NCBI GenBank assembly: GCA_965544395.1
Contig: CBEUND010000001.1
Location: 6,875 to 70,874, forward strand
DNA: 64,000 nucleotides
Source: an uncultured bacterium
GTDB taxonomy: Bacteria > Campylobacterota > Campylobacteria > Campylobacterales > Sulfurovaceae
Direction of reading: 5' to 3'
Shown here piece by piece: positions 1 through 10,514 of this stretch. The notes beneath the pieces were generated by a model, which ran no database searches, was not told the DNA's origin, and saw nothing but the letters and a program-made list of their open reading frames with translations. The translations under genes and the position numbers were made by a program. Numbering within the stretch: the first letter of the stretch is position 1; each line of letters opens with the position of its first letter.

Positions 1-17
1 TGGATTTTGTCATTTTT

Positions 18-953
18 GTGGTAGCGATGGCTGCACTCATATTTGGAGCAGATATGCTCATACGAGAGAGTGAAAAGATAGCACTTCGGTTTCATATATC
101 TGAGTTTATCATAGGGGCTACACTCATAGCACTTGGCACTAGTCTTCCTGAGATGGCAGCAAGTGTAGCAGCAAACCTCGATGGAAAAGCAGAGATCGCG
201 ATAGCCAATGTCATCGGAAGTAATATATTTAATATCACTTTGGTACTAGGTATGATCTTTATTATCACGAAGGTTATCAATCCAGATAGAGACTTCTTTG
301 CCAAAGATAGTACTTGGGCTATGGTGCCTGTACTTGTTTTTATCTTGATGGTGTTTGATGGTGTTATCTCTCGATTTGATGCACTCCTTCTTCTCTTGTT
401 GATGGGGTCGTATATCCTATTTTTGCTTCGTGAAGCGAAAGGTATTATATCTGATCAATTAGAAGATGAAGGAGAAGATAGAGAGCAAGAACAACTATTT
501 TCTTGGATAAAAACACTTCCATTGATTGCCATAGCTCTTCTTATGGTTATAGCGGGTGCAAATTTTACCGTAGAGAGTGCTTCTAATATAGCAAAAAGTT
601 TTGGTATCTCGGAGTGGATTATAGGTATAGTCATGATCAGCCTTGGGACTTCTCTCCCTGAGCTTGTAGTAAGTATCTCTGCTTCTATGAAAGGCAAAGT
701 AGATATGGCTATAGGAAATATCATCGGTTCAAATATGGCAAACACGACTATAGTCTTGGCTATGGCGGCTCTTGTAAAACCTATGCATTTTGATGTGTCA
801 CTCTATCTTTTTGATATTACTACTATGATTATAGCAACACTGATGCTTGTATTTATCACTGCTAATAAACTCTATAGCAAACCTGCGGGGATCAGTCTCT
901 TTATAGTATTGGGTCTCTTTTTGGAACATATAGTAAATATGATGGCTCCTTGA
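18..953 (+). CDS. CaCA-family Na+/Ca2+ exchanger (YrbG-like) inner-membrane protein; true start may lie upstream of the window
   Basis: Polytopic 311-aa ORF with the two duplicated alpha-repeat signatures GTSLPEMAASV..GSNIFNI and GTSLPELVVSI..GSNMANT, separated by an acidic loop (EDEGEDREQE). Tracked start is GTG at 18, but the frame stays open back to base 3. Confidence 0.85.
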   Translation: MVAMAALIFGADMLIRESEKIALRFHISEFIIGATLIALGTSLPEMAASVAANLDGKAEIAIANVIGSNIFNITLVLGMIFIITKVINPDRDFFAKDSTWAMVPVLVFILMVFDGVISRFDALLLLLLMGSYILFLLREAKGIISDQLEDEGEDREQEQLFSWIKTLPLIAIALLMVIAGANFTVESASNIAKSFGISEWIIGIVMISLGTSLPELVVSISASMKGKVDMAIGNIIGSNMANTTIVLAMAALVKPMHFDVSLYLFDITTMIIATLMLVFITANKLYSKPAGISLFIVLGLFLEHIVNMMAP

Positions 954-1055
954 GTCATCCCCTATCTTTTTCTCAATAATTCTGCTATACTACGCTCAAT
1001 TTTCTACAAAATAAAAGTAATTCTTCAGATAACTCAGATTTATCCTCATAGACGA

Positions 1056-1061
1056 TATAAT
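1056..1061 (+). promoter_or_regulatory. Candidate -10 box (TATAAT) upstream of the DEAD-box helicase gene
   Basis: Exact TATAAT in an AT-rich intergenic region, about 65 nt upstream of ATG 1126. No experimental support. Confidence 0.25.
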
Positions 1062-1125
1062 AAAATTGTTTCTAGAATTGATACTATTTTGCATGAAAAT
1101 ATATCAACACGAAAGAAACATAGAT

Positions 1126-2577
1126 ATGAAATTTACAGATTTTAACTTAAAACCAACGATCCAAGAAGCGATAAACGAAGCAGGATTTAAAGAGCCTAGT
1201 CCCGTACAAAAAGAGGCGATACCACTCATACTAGAGGGCAATGATATTATCGCACAAGCACAGACAGGTACAGGAAAGACAGCTGCCTTTGGTCTGCCGA
1301 TGATGCATGGCATGAGAGCAGATGGGAGCGTAGAGGGACTCGTGATAGTCCCTACAAGAGAGTTGGCAATGCAAGTGAGTGATGAACTCTATAGATTTGG
1401 GAAACTCTCAGGTCTCAAGACAGCGACAGTCTATGGTGGTACAGCCTATGGCAAGCAGATAGAGCGGATCAAACAAGCCTCTATAGTAGTCGCAACTCCA
1501 GGAAGACTCCAAGACCTCTTAGAGAGTGGAAAAATCAAGATAAACCCAAGTGTAGTCGTACTCGATGAAGCTGATGAGATGCTTGATATGGGCTTTCTTG
1601 ATGAGATCAAAAATATCTTTACATTTATGCCAGATGAGCGACAGACGCTTATGTTTTCTGCTACGATGCCCAAGGCTATCCGTAGATTAGCAGAGGAGAT
1701 ACTCCAAAAACCCAAAACTATCTCTATCACCAAAGCAGAGAGTACCAATGTCAACATAACACAGCACTACTATGTCGTCCAAGAGCGTGAGAGAGATGAT
1801 GCTCTTGTGAGACTCATAGATTATAAAAACCCTACGAAATGTATCATATTTTGTCGTATGAAAAAAGAGGTTGATAGACTCGTATCACACCTCACCTCCC
1901 AAGGGTTTAAAGTGAGTGGACTCCATGGAGATATGGAGCAAAAACAGAGAGAAGTGACTATCCGTGGCTTCAAACAAGGCGGTATAGATATCTTTATCGC
2001 TACAGATGTAGCTGCGAGAGGTTTGGATGTCAATGATGTGACGCATGTATTCAACTACCATATCCCTTTTGATTCTGAGAGTTATGTCCACCGTATCGGA
2101 CGGACGGGAAGAGCAGGCAAGAGAGGTGAAGCGATCACACTCGTGACACCTAATGAGCTACGAACTATCAAACGAATAGAGAAAGATGTAGGCACAAAGA
2201 TGGTCACACAAGTGATACCTACAAGAGCTGAGGTACAAGATAGCAAATCCAATGAACTCATAGCTCAAATCGCAGCGACACAGATCACTGATGATGCTAT
2301 CAATCTCGTCAAAACTTTGCAACATGACCTAGACATCGTTACTATCGCTCATCTCTTGGCATCACGCCTTCAAAGCAACAATAGCATCAAAGGCAAAGAT
2401 AACATAGGTCTCGGTCTCGAAGAGGTAGAGCTACTCATCCAAAGAGCGATGCAAAATAGAGGCAATGGTAACAGTCGAAATAGACGCAGACGCTCAGGTA
2501 GTGGTGATAGAAATAGACGCAATAACCGAAGTAGCAGACACCGTAGTTCACGCAATAATAATTCCAGAAGAGATTAA
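1126..2577 (+). CDS. DEAD-box ATP-dependent RNA helicase with Arg/Ser/Asn-rich C-terminal tail
   Basis: Q-motif GFKEPSPVQ, motif I AQTGTGKT, motif II VLDEADEM, SAT, motif VI HRIGRTGRAG. The ORF opens at 1066, but the conserved N-terminus begins MKFTDFNL (ATG 1126). Confidence 0.93.
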   Translation: MKFTDFNLKPTIQEAINEAGFKEPSPVQKEAIPLILEGNDIIAQAQTGTGKTAAFGLPMMHGMRADGSVEGLVIVPTRELAMQVSDELYRFGKLSGLKTATVYGGTAYGKQIERIKQASIVVATPGRLQDLLESGKIKINPSVVVLDEADEMLDMGFLDEIKNIFTFMPDERQTLMFSATMPKAIRRLAEEILQKPKTISITKAESTNVNITQHYYVVQERERDDALVRLIDYKNPTKCIIFCRMKKEVDRLVSHLTSQGFKVSGLHGDMEQKQREVTIRGFKQGGIDIFIATDVAARGLDVNDVTHVFNYHIPFDSESYVHRIGRTGRAGKRGEAITLVTPNELRTIKRIEKDVGTKMVTQVIPTRAEVQDSKSNELIAQIAATQITDDAINLVKTLQHDLDIVTIAHLLASRLQSNNSIKGKDNIGLGLEEVELLIQRAMQNRGNGNSRNRRRRSGSGDRNRRNNRSSRHRSSRNNNSRRD

Positions 2578-2586
2578 GATATAACG

Positions 2587-3633
2587 ATGAAGCTTTTAGT
2601 ATCTGCACTAGAACCCTCATCAAACATCCATCTCAAAGAGGTACTCAAGCATACGCATGATGTAGAACTTCTGGGGATATTTGATAAATCCTTAGGAGAG
2701 CCACTCTATGATATCAGCCAGATGGCTATCATGGGAGTCGTAGACGCACTCAAAAAGCTGCGATGGTTTTTCAAAGTGGCAGATGAGATGGTTGAGCTAG
2801 CCCAAGATGCTGACAAAATATTGCTGATGGATAGCTCTGGATTTAACCTTCCCCTTGCCAAAAAACTCAAACATGCGTATCCTAGCAAAGAGATCATCTA
2901 CTATATCCTCCCACAAGTGTGGATCACACGACCCAAAAGAGTCAAAAAGATAGAGGCATATTGCGATAGATTGCTAGGGATTTTGCCTTTTGAGATAGAG
3001 TACTACCAATCCAAGGCAGAGTTCGTAGGGCATCCCCTCCTTGATGAGATAGAGACCAAGCCCCAAAAGCAGACTAAAGAAGAGATGAGAGAAGTTACTA
3101 TCGCTTATCTTCCAGGGAGTCGTAGGGGAGAGATCACGAAACTGATGCCAATCTATCGAGAGCTTAGAGCAAGATTGCTACCACATAGAGCCCTGCTTGT
3201 CATCCCTGCTTCCTTTTCCGATGAGTATATAGCCCAAACATATGGAGATAGAGATGGATTTGAAATCATTCGAGATACGCATGAAGCACTCCGAAAATCT
3301 AGCTTTGCCTATATATGCAGTGGTACAGCTACACTAGAGGCGGCTCTCATAGGCACACCCTTTACCCTCAACTATATAGCCAAAAAGATAGATTACTTCA
3401 TCGGCACCAAGATACTAGATCTCAAACAGATAGGCTTAGCAAATATCATACTAGACCGTCACAATGGCACAACCCTCCACAACGAAATCATCCAAGATGA
3501 AGTGACAGTAGAGAGGCTTGTATCAGAGTATCAAAACTTCGATAGAGAACTCTTTACTACCAAAGCCCAAGAACTCAGAGCGTACCTGCAACATGGAAGT
3601 AGTGCGAATGTCGCTCGGATAGTGGAAGAGTAG
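2587..3633 (+). CDS. lpxB: Lipid-A-disaccharide synthase (GT19)
   Basis: 348 aa. N-terminal LLVSALEPSSNIHLK and the later YLPGSRRGEI and GTATLEAAL segments resemble LpxB; short form as in Campylobacterota. Confidence 0.8.
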   Translation: MKLLVSALEPSSNIHLKEVLKHTHDVELLGIFDKSLGEPLYDISQMAIMGVVDALKKLRWFFKVADEMVELAQDADKILLMDSSGFNLPLAKKLKHAYPSKEIIYYILPQVWITRPKRVKKIEAYCDRLLGILPFEIEYYQSKAEFVGHPLLDEIETKPQKQTKEEMREVTIAYLPGSRRGEITKLMPIYRELRARLLPHRALLVIPASFSDEYIAQTYGDRDGFEIIRDTHEALRKSSFAYICSGTATLEAALIGTPFTLNYIAKKIDYFIGTKILDLKQIGLANIILDRHNGTTLHNEIIQDEVTVERLVSEYQNFDRELFTTKAQELRAYLQHGSSANVARIVEE

Positions 3634-3654
3634 AAATTATAGATGAGGATTAAA

Positions 3655-4311
3655 ATGAATAAAGAGATATTAACGATTGAACAATTGCAACACGAAGCCA
3701 AATATTTTTCAATAAAAGAGTCTGAGATTTATGATTCTAAATTATACGGTGTGACTGATGGCAAAGCTGTAGGTACATACCTTGAGCATAAGTTTCAAAA
3801 ATATCTTCATATAAAATACAGATATAATGAGGGGTCATCTGCGAAAGGATTAGATTTTCCAGAACTTAATGTTGACATGAAAGTAACAAGCATCAAACAA
3901 CCTCAATCTTCCTCACCGTTTCAATCAGCAAAACAGAAAGTATATGGCTTAGGCTACTCTTTACTCCTGTTTGTTTATGAAAAAACTGATAATGAAAAAG
4001 ATAAAACAGGATGTTTAAAAGTTCTTCATACTATATTTGTTGAAGATTATCGAACAGGCGATTTTCAAACTACTACAGGATTAATAAAAATAATTGAAAA
4101 TAGTGGAAATATTGATGATATTATTGCCTTTTTTCAGGAGAGAATGCTTCCACTTGACGAGATACAAGCTGAGTCTTTGGCTAGAGAAGTTTTAAATAAT
4201 ATTCCAAAAGTTGGTTATTTAACAATATCAAATGCTCTTCAATGGAGACTACAATATCGAAGAGTGATTGAAAAAGCAGATATTATTATGGGTATTCATA
4301 AGGTTTTATAA
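3655..4311 (+). CDS. Putative type II restriction endonuclease (PD-(D/E)xK-like), partner of the adjacent m6A methyltransferase
   Basis: About 218-aa ORF immediately upstream of, and overlapping or abutting, an N6-adenine MTase. Candidate catalytic segment GLDFPELNVDMKVTS (D...DxK). AGGA Shine-Dalgarno 5 nt before ATG 3655 (the ORF opens at 3643). Very AT-rich. No family recognised by eye. Confidence 0.55.
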   Translation: MNKEILTIEQLQHEAKYFSIKESEIYDSKLYGVTDGKAVGTYLEHKFQKYLHIKYRYNEGSSAKGLDFPELNVDMKVTSIKQPQSSSPFQSAKQKVYGLGYSLLLFVYEKTDNEKDKTGCLKVLHTIFVEDYRTGDFQTTTGLIKIIENSGNIDDIIAFFQERMLPLDEIQAESLAREVLNNIPKVGYLTISNALQWRLQYRRVIEKADIIMGIHKVL

Positions 4312-5803
4312 AGTGCAACAGATAGAATTTGGTGATTTTCAAACACCCCATAGTTTAGCCAAAGAGGTTATAGAACTCATATCAAATAAATTTTCTATAC
4401 CAGATATTATAATTGAGCCTACTTGTGGATTAGGTAATTTTATAGAAGAAGCATCTTCTAAATGGTCAAATCAATCTAACTATTTTGGGTTTGAGATAAA
4501 TGATGAGTATTATAAATTTACAAAAGAAAAATTTTCTAATTATAAAAATATTGAAATAAATCTGCAAAACTTTTTTACATTTGATTGGGATAGCTTTGTT
4601 TCAAATTTTCAAGATAAACAAATAACTATTATAGGTAATCCCCCTTGGGTGAATAGTGCTACAATTGGAGCAATAGGTGGTGATAATATTCCTGATAAAT
4701 CTAATTTTCAAAAGTTAAAAGGTTTTGATGCAAAAACAGGAAAATCTAATTTTGATATTGCTGAATGGATTATAATCAAGCTTATTGAATCTATGAAAAG
4801 TTCCAAAGGTAATTTAGCACTTCTTTGCAAAAATGCAACAGCTAGAAAAGTACTCAGTTATTTTTGGAAACAAGATAAACTTATAGGAGAATCCACACTT
4901 TACAATATAGATGCAAAAAAATATTTTAATGTTTGTGTTGATGCCTGTTTATTGGTTATAGATTTCTCAAAAAACAGCAATAAAGATGCTTGTGTATACT
5001 CGTCACTGATCCCTGATAAAGAGTTACTCTATAGATTTGGTTTTTATAATGGACAATTAGTATCAAATATAGATGATTATAAAAAGTATGCTGATTTAGA
5101 TGGTTTTTCCAATTATCAATGGCGTTCAGGAATGAAACATGATGCTTCTAAAATTATGGAGCTAACACTGAAACATAATAAACTAATAAATGGTTTTGGA
5201 GATATTGTGGATATTGAAGAGACTTATCTTTATCCTTTATTAAAATCTTCAGATATAAGAAATGGTCGCTTAGTTCCTAGAAAATTTGTAATTGTTACGC
5301 AAAAAAAAGTTGGTGAAGATACCAGTACAATAAAAAGCATTGCTCCAAAAACATGGAAATACTTACATCAACACTCCTCAAAACTAGATGGTCGAAAAAG
5401 CTCTATTTATAAAAACAGACCACCTTTTTCTATCTTTGGCATAGGAGAGTACAGTTTTTCAGATTGGAAAATAGCCATTTCTGCTTTGTATAAAAACTTT
5501 ATATTTCAAACAATTCCACCCTACCAAGATAAAGCTATGATGCTTGATGATACTTGCTATTTTATTCCTTGTAATTCGAAAGAAGAAGCACTCTACTGGA
5601 CACGCCTTTTAAATTCAAGTGAAATAAAAAAATTTTTAAACTCATTAGTATTTATGGATGCGAAAAGAGTGATAACTATTGATATTTTAAAGCGTATTGA
5701 TATGGCTTCTCTCTCTAAAAAATTAGATGAATTCAAAGTTGCTAATAGCTATTTGAAATTTGCATCAGAAAAGACAAAAGGTCAAGCCTCTTTTGTTTTT
5801 TAG
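4268..5803 (+). CDS. N6-adenine DNA methyltransferase, gamma-class (Eco57I/TaqI-like architecture) with C-terminal target-recognition region
   Basis: Motif X FGDFQTP, motif I IIEPTCGLGNF, motif IV IIGNPPWV, followed by about 350 aa of non-catalytic region. Start is ambiguous: TTG 4268 (44-nt overlap with the REase gene) or GTG 4313 (2 nt after the REase stop). Confidence 0.85.
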   Translation: MKKQILLWVFIRFYKVQQIEFGDFQTPHSLAKEVIELISNKFSIPDIIIEPTCGLGNFIEEASSKWSNQSNYFGFEINDEYYKFTKEKFSNYKNIEINLQNFFTFDWDSFVSNFQDKQITIIGNPPWVNSATIGAIGGDNIPDKSNFQKLKGFDAKTGKSNFDIAEWIIIKLIESMKSSKGNLALLCKNATARKVLSYFWKQDKLIGESTLYNIDAKKYFNVCVDACLLVIDFSKNSNKDACVYSSLIPDKELLYRFGFYNGQLVSNIDDYKKYADLDGFSNYQWRSGMKHDASKIMELTLKHNKLINGFGDIVDIEETYLYPLLKSSDIRNGRLVPRKFVIVTQKKVGEDTSTIKSIAPKTWKYLHQHSSKLDGRKSSIYKNRPPFSIFGIGEYSFSDWKIAISALYKNFIFQTIPPYQDKAMMLDDTCYFIPCNSKEEALYWTRLLNSSEIKKFLNSLVFMDAKRVITIDILKRIDMASLSKKLDEFKVANSYLKFASEKTKGQASFVF

Positions 5804-5862
5804 GTTTTTAAAATGAATATAATATCCCTATAAAAAAGCAAATAACAACCAAAAGGATACCC

Positions 5863-6942
5863 ATGCTCGTCCACATCTGTTGTGCCGTTGATAGTCACTA
5901 CTTTCTCCAAAAGCTTCAAGAAGAGTATCCTCATGAAAAGTTAGTAGGGTTTTTTTATGATCCCAATATCCACCCCTATAGTGAGTATAGGTTGCGTCTG
6001 CTTGATGTGGAACGATCGTGTAAAATATTGGGGATTGAGCTTTTGGAGGGTGCGTATGATACTACGGCTTGGCTAGAAGCGGTGAGAGGGTTGGAAAAAG
6101 AGCCAGAGAAAGGGGCTAGGTGTGCTGTCTGCTTTGATAGACGCTTTGAAGTCTCTGCCCAAAAAGCAGCAGAGTTAGGAGAAGAGAGCTTCACTTCTAC
6201 ACTGCTTACAAGTCCCAAAAAATCACTCAAACAGCTCCAAAAATCAGGAGATGCATTGGCTCTCAAATATGGTATAAAATTTGTAGCTCCAGACTATAGA
6301 AAAGCATCAGGGACGCAAGAGCAAAATATCTTAGCCAAAGAGGATAAACTCTATAGACAAGACTACTGTGGATGTATCTATGGCTTGACAATGCAAAGAG
6401 AGCAACAAGAGAAGCTCGCAGATGAACTCTTCGTGCCTCTATCTGGACAGATACAACCCGAATCCATTGAGGCAAGAGTAGCACTCTATGAACAACGGTT
6501 GGCATATGAAGATGAGGGTATAGCCTATAGAATAATAAAGCAGAGATTTCTCAACTGGAGACTACTCAGAGGGCAGCTGATCGTACGAAAAGTAGCTACG
6601 GCTGCTCATTTTTTGCCTTACTCTACCCTCAGAAGTGACTATAGCAGAGGGAAGATAGAGTATAGCATAGGAGATATACACTATATGAGTCGTGATGAGG
6701 TGCGGTTTATCACACTAGAGTACTACAACAAGCTCTGTGAGAGTAGTTATACTTCAGTCGAAGCGTTGATATACTCCCCTCCATCCTACGAAAAAGAGGT
6801 GATGATACGACAGCAGATAGAGGGTGGATTTTTCTCTCTTTCTACTATTTTGGTCGTAGAGACTATACCTGATAAGAAGATAGAGATACTCTGCCAAAGC
6901 AAGAGCTATGATGATGTACAAGAGGTTTTAATAAAACTATAA
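5863..6942 (+). CDS. queH: Epoxyqueuosine reductase QueH (DUF208) with an approximately 170-aa C-terminal extension
   Basis: N-terminal HICCAVD, internal ARCAVCFDRR and YCGCIYG Cys motifs typical of QueH. The remaining approximately 170 aa have no motif I recognise. Confidence 0.8.
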   Translation: MLVHICCAVDSHYFLQKLQEEYPHEKLVGFFYDPNIHPYSEYRLRLLDVERSCKILGIELLEGAYDTTAWLEAVRGLEKEPEKGARCAVCFDRRFEVSAQKAAELGEESFTSTLLTSPKKSLKQLQKSGDALALKYGIKFVAPDYRKASGTQEQNILAKEDKLYRQDYCGCIYGLTMQREQQEKLADELFVPLSGQIQPESIEARVALYEQRLAYEDEGIAYRIIKQRFLNWRLLRGQLIVRKVATAAHFLPYSTLRSDYSRGKIEYSIGDIHYMSRDEVRFITLEYYNKLCESSYTSVEALIYSPPSYEKEVMIRQQIEGGFFSLSTILVVETIPDKKIEILCQSKSYDDVQEVLIKL

Positions 6943-6969
6943 ACTCCTCACTGCACTTTTAGCTACTCT

Positions 6970-7458
6970 TTGGTAGAATATGCCTTAAATTTTTACAAAA
7001 GGTTACATTTGTTGTTTAATGTCGTTGAAATCCAAAAAATACTCCCACATCGTTACCCATTCTTGCTTGTAGATAGGATTACCGAACTCGTCCAAGGGGA
7101 ATCGATAGAGGGGTATAAAAATGTATCTATATCAGAACCTGTATTTCAGGGGCACTTCCCAGATCACCCTATCTATCCAGGTGTGATGATAATAGAAGGT
7201 ATGGCACAAGCTGGTGGGGTGTTGGCGTTCCAGAGTCTTCCCGAAGAGGAGCAAGCAGATGCAGAAGATAAAGTAGTCTACTTCATGAGCATAGACAAAG
7301 CGAAGTTTAGAACACCTGTCACTCCAGGGGATCAACTTGTATATAAGCTCTCTGTTATCAAAAACAAAGGTGCTGTTTGGCAACTAGATGGAAAAGCATT
7401 TGTAGATGGGAAAGTAGTTGCCCAAGCCGAACTCAAAGCGATGATAGTAGATAAGTAA
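6970..7458 (+). CDS. fabZ: 3-hydroxyacyl-ACP dehydratase FabZ
   Basis: [14 protein letters not shown] and [22 protein letters not shown] hot-dog motifs. The likely true start is TTG at about 7009-7012, preceded by AAAAGG. Confidence 0.92.
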   Translation: MVEYALNFYKRLHLLFNVVEIQKILPHRYPFLLVDRITELVQGESIEGYKNVSISEPVFQGHFPDHPIYPGVMIIEGMAQAGGVLAFQSLPEEEQADAEDKVVYFMSIDKAKFRTPVTPGDQLVYKLSVIKNKGAVWQLDGKAFVDGKVVAQAELKAMIVDK

Positions 7459-7463
7459 GGGTT

Positions 7464-8261
7464 ATGATATTGAGCCAAAATATTCACTCGACTAGCATCA
7501 TAGAAGATGGTGCCACTATAGGAGATGATGTTACTATAGGTCCCTTTTGTTATATTACAAATAAGGTTCATATTGGTGATGGAACGATCATTGATTCTCA
7601 TGTCTCCATAGAAGGTGATACTCATATAGGGAAAAACAATCATATATTTGCTCACTGCTCTATAGGCTCCATTCCTCAAGATTTGAAGTATAATGGGGAA
7701 GATGTCAAACTTATCATAGGAGATAGGAATAGTATCAGAGAGTTCGCACAGATCAATCCTGGAACTCAAGGTGGAGGAGGCATTACGCGTATAGGTGATG
7801 ATAATCTGCTGATGGGATATGTGCATATAGGACATGATGTACAGATTGCAGATAGTTGTATCTTGGCAAATGGTGCTACACTTGCTGGACATGTAGTAGT
7901 AGAAAAGCGTGTTGTTATCGGTGGTCTTAGTGCCATCCATCAATTTTGTAAACTAGGAGAGTACTCTATGTTGGCAGGGGCGAGTGCCTTGGCTCAAGAT
8001 TTACCACCATACTGTATGGCAGAAGGGAATAGGGCTACCATAAGAGGTTTGAACTTGACAGGCTTGAGAAGAGTTATTGATAGGGAAAATATCAATAAAT
8101 TGAAGAGTTCATATAGAGATCTTTTTGAAAGAGGAAAACCACTTCAAGAGCAAGCAGAAAAGCTCTACAACAGTAGTGACTCCGATTATGTCAAAAAACT
8201 AAGCAATTTTATTAAAAAATCCAAACGGGGTATACCGTTTGTAAGGAAAACAAATGTCTAA
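7464..8261 (+). CDS. lpxA: UDP-N-acetylglucosamine O-acyltransferase LpxA
   Basis: Left-handed beta-helix hexapeptide repeats over about 190 aa plus a helical C-terminus; classical fabZ-lpxA adjacency. Confidence 0.9.
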   Translation: MILSQNIHSTSIIEDGATIGDDVTIGPFCYITNKVHIGDGTIIDSHVSIEGDTHIGKNNHIFAHCSIGSIPQDLKYNGEDVKLIIGDRNSIREFAQINPGTQGGGGITRIGDDNLLMGYVHIGHDVQIADSCILANGATLAGHVVVEKRVVIGGLSAIHQFCKLGEYSMLAGASALAQDLPPYCMAEGNRATIRGLNLTGLRRVIDRENINKLKSSYRDLFERGKPLQEQAEKLYNSSDSDYVKKLSNFIKKSKRGIPFVRKTNV

Positions 8262-9468
8262 AAAATTATGTAGCTTCTGTGGTGCTTCTGAGAGCAACGA
8301 CAATCAACTCATTGCAGGTGCTGATGCATATATATGCACAAACTGTGTAATCTCTGCATACAAAATTCTTTTTGGTGAAGAAGATATAGCTGAAACAGTA
8401 GAGTTTAACGAAGAACTCCTCTTGCCAAAAGAGATCAATAGTAAACTAAATGAGTATGTAATAGGACAACAAAATGCTAAAAAAACACTCAGTGTAGCAG
8501 TTTATAACCACTACAAACGAATCTTTAAAGATATTGAAGAGGATGATACTCAAATATCTAAATCCAATATATTACTTATAGGACCTACAGGAAGCGGTAA
8601 AACTCTCCTCGCTCAAACGATTGCACAATTTTTAAATGTTCCAATAGCTATAGCAGATGCTACAAACTTGACAGAAGCGGGCTATGTAGGTGAAGATGTG
8701 GAAAATATCTTGACAAAACTTCTTCAAGCAGCTGATGGCGAGGTAAAGAGAGCAGAGCAAGGCATAGTATTTATTGATGAGGTTGATAAAGTTGCTAGAA
8801 TGGGTGAAAATCGTTCTATTACTAGAGATGTATCAGGAGAGGGTGTACAGCAAGCTCTTCTCAAGATCATAGAGGGTTCTGTTGTCAATATACCACCAAA
8901 AGGTGGAAGAAAACATCCAAACCAAGATTTCCTTCAGATAGATACCTCTAACATTCTTTTCATCTGTGGTGGAGCATTTGATGGTCTCAACGATATCATC
9001 AAAAGAAGATTGGGAAGCAATACTCTAGGGTTTGGTCAAGAGAAAAGAACCAAAAAAGAGGAAGAGAATCTCCTGCATCTTGTAGAGTCAAGTGACTTAG
9101 TCTCATTTGGTCTCATTCCTGAGCTGATAGGAAGACTGCATGTCCATGCTTCACTCAACCAAATCACTAAAGAGGATATGGTTAAAATATTAGTAGAACC
9201 AAAAAACTCTCTTATCAAACAATATCAAAAACTCTTTGAGATAGATAATGCTACACTTTCGTTTGAGCAAGAGTCTCTTGAGATAATAGCACAAAAAGCT
9301 ATAGATCGAAAAACAGGTGCAAGAGGTTTACGATCTATTATGGAAGAGACTTTGTTGGATATCATGTATGAACTGCCTGAGTTAGAAGATTATGAAGTTG
9401 TAATCACTCCAGAAGTGATAGAAAATGGTGAAAAACCTCTCTATATTAAAAATAAAAAAAGTGCGTAA
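8254..9468 (+). CDS. clpX: ATP-dependent Clp protease ATP-binding subunit ClpX
   Basis: N-terminal zinc finger CSFCG..CTNC, Walker A GPTGSGKT, Walker [15 protein letters not shown] sensor motif. Confidence 0.97.
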   Translation: MSKKLCSFCGASESNDNQLIAGADAYICTNCVISAYKILFGEEDIAETVEFNEELLLPKEINSKLNEYVIGQQNAKKTLSVAVYNHYKRIFKDIEEDDTQISKSNILLIGPTGSGKTLLAQTIAQFLNVPIAIADATNLTEAGYVGEDVENILTKLLQAADGEVKRAEQGIVFIDEVDKVARMGENRSITRDVSGEGVQQALLKIIEGSVVNIPPKGGRKHPNQDFLQIDTSNILFICGGAFDGLNDIIKRRLGSNTLGFGQEKRTKKEEENLLHLVESSDLVSFGLIPELIGRLHVHASLNQITKEDMVKILVEPKNSLIKQYQKLFEIDNATLSFEQESLEIIAQKAIDRKTGARGLRSIMEETLLDIMYELPELEDYEVVITPEVIENGEKPLYIKNKKSA

Positions 9469-9479
9469 GGAAAAGGTAA

Positions 9480-10514
9480 ATGTTTAAGAAATTAATGGGG
9501 TACTTCTCGAATGATCTTGCTATAGATTTAGGAACTGCAAATACACTCGTTTTGATCAAAGGTCAGGGCATTAGTATCAATGAACCATCGGTTGTGGCAA
9601 TCCAAGTTGAGAAAAGTGGACAAGAACGAATCTTGGCAGTAGGTCAAGAAGCGAAAGATATGGTAGGAAAAACACCAGGAAATATCAAAGCTATCAGACC
9701 GATGAAAGATGGTGTCATCGCTGATTTTAATGTCACAGAGATGATGATCCGTTATTTTATTGAGAAGTCACATAAAAGAAAAAAATTCTTTAGCCCTCGC
9801 ATTATTATCTGTGTACCTTATGGATTGACTCAGGTAGAGAGAAAAGCCGTCAAAGAGTCAGCACTCAATGCAGGTGCAAGATATGTTTACCTGATAGAAG
9901 AGCCTATGGCAGCTGCTATAGGTGCTGGTCTTCCTATCAGGGATCCTAATGGTAACTTAGTTGTTGATATAGGCGGCGGTACTACTGAGATAGGTGTTAT
10001 CTCTCTAGGTGGATTAGTATTGAGTCGCTCTATTCGCATAGCTGGAGATAAACTCGATGCTGCTATTACAAGTTATATCAAAAAGAATTTTAATCTTCTG
10101 ATTGGAGATAGAGTTGCAGAAGAACTCAAAATCAAAGTAGGTACAGCTATCCAACTTGAAGAGGAGTTGGTCACTATCGTAAGAGGTCGAGACCAAGTAG
10201 AAGGGACACTCACCTCTGTAGATATTACAAGTGAACACTTAAGAGAAGCGATGAAAGAAGCTATTTTTGAGATAGGGGAAGCACTCAAACGAGTCCTTGA
10301 AGAGACGCCACCAGAACTTGCAGGAGATATCGTAGACAATGGTATTGTTTTGACAGGAGGTGGTGCATTGATTAGAGGTTTGGATAAATATTTATCTGAT
10401 TTGGTAAAATTACCTGTTTATATCGCAGATGAGCCACTTCTTGCAGTTGCAAAAGGGACAGGGAAAGCTCTTGATGAGATAGATCTGCTACAACAAACCG
10501 CCTATGAAGACTAA
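9480..10514 (+). CDS. mreB: Rod-shape-determining actin homologue MreB
   Basis: DLGTANT, VVDIGGGTTE and LTGGGALIRGLD actin-fold motifs. Confidence 0.97.
   Translation: MFKKLMGYFSNDLAIDLGTANTLVLIKGQGISINEPSVVAIQVEKSGQERILAVGQEAKDMVGKTPGNIKAIRPMKDGVIADFNVTEMMIRYFIEKSHKRKKFFSPRIIICVPYGLTQVERKAVKESALNAGARYVYLIEEPMAAAIGAGLPIRDPNGNLVVDIGGGTTEIGVISLGGLVLSRSIRIAGDKLDAAITSYIKKNFNLLIGDRVAEELKIKVGTAIQLEEELVTIVRGRDQVEGTLTSVDITSEHLREAMKEAIFEIGEALKRVLEETPPELAGDIVDNGIVLTGGGALIRGLDKYLSDLVKLPVYIADEPLLAVAKGTGKALDEIDLLQQTAYED

Noticed and set aside
7332-7943. 203-aa minus-strand ORF spanning fabZ and lpxA
   Set aside because: It lies antisense to two strongly supported genes. Its sequence is low-complexity without motifs, as is typical of open antisense frames in AT-rich genomes.
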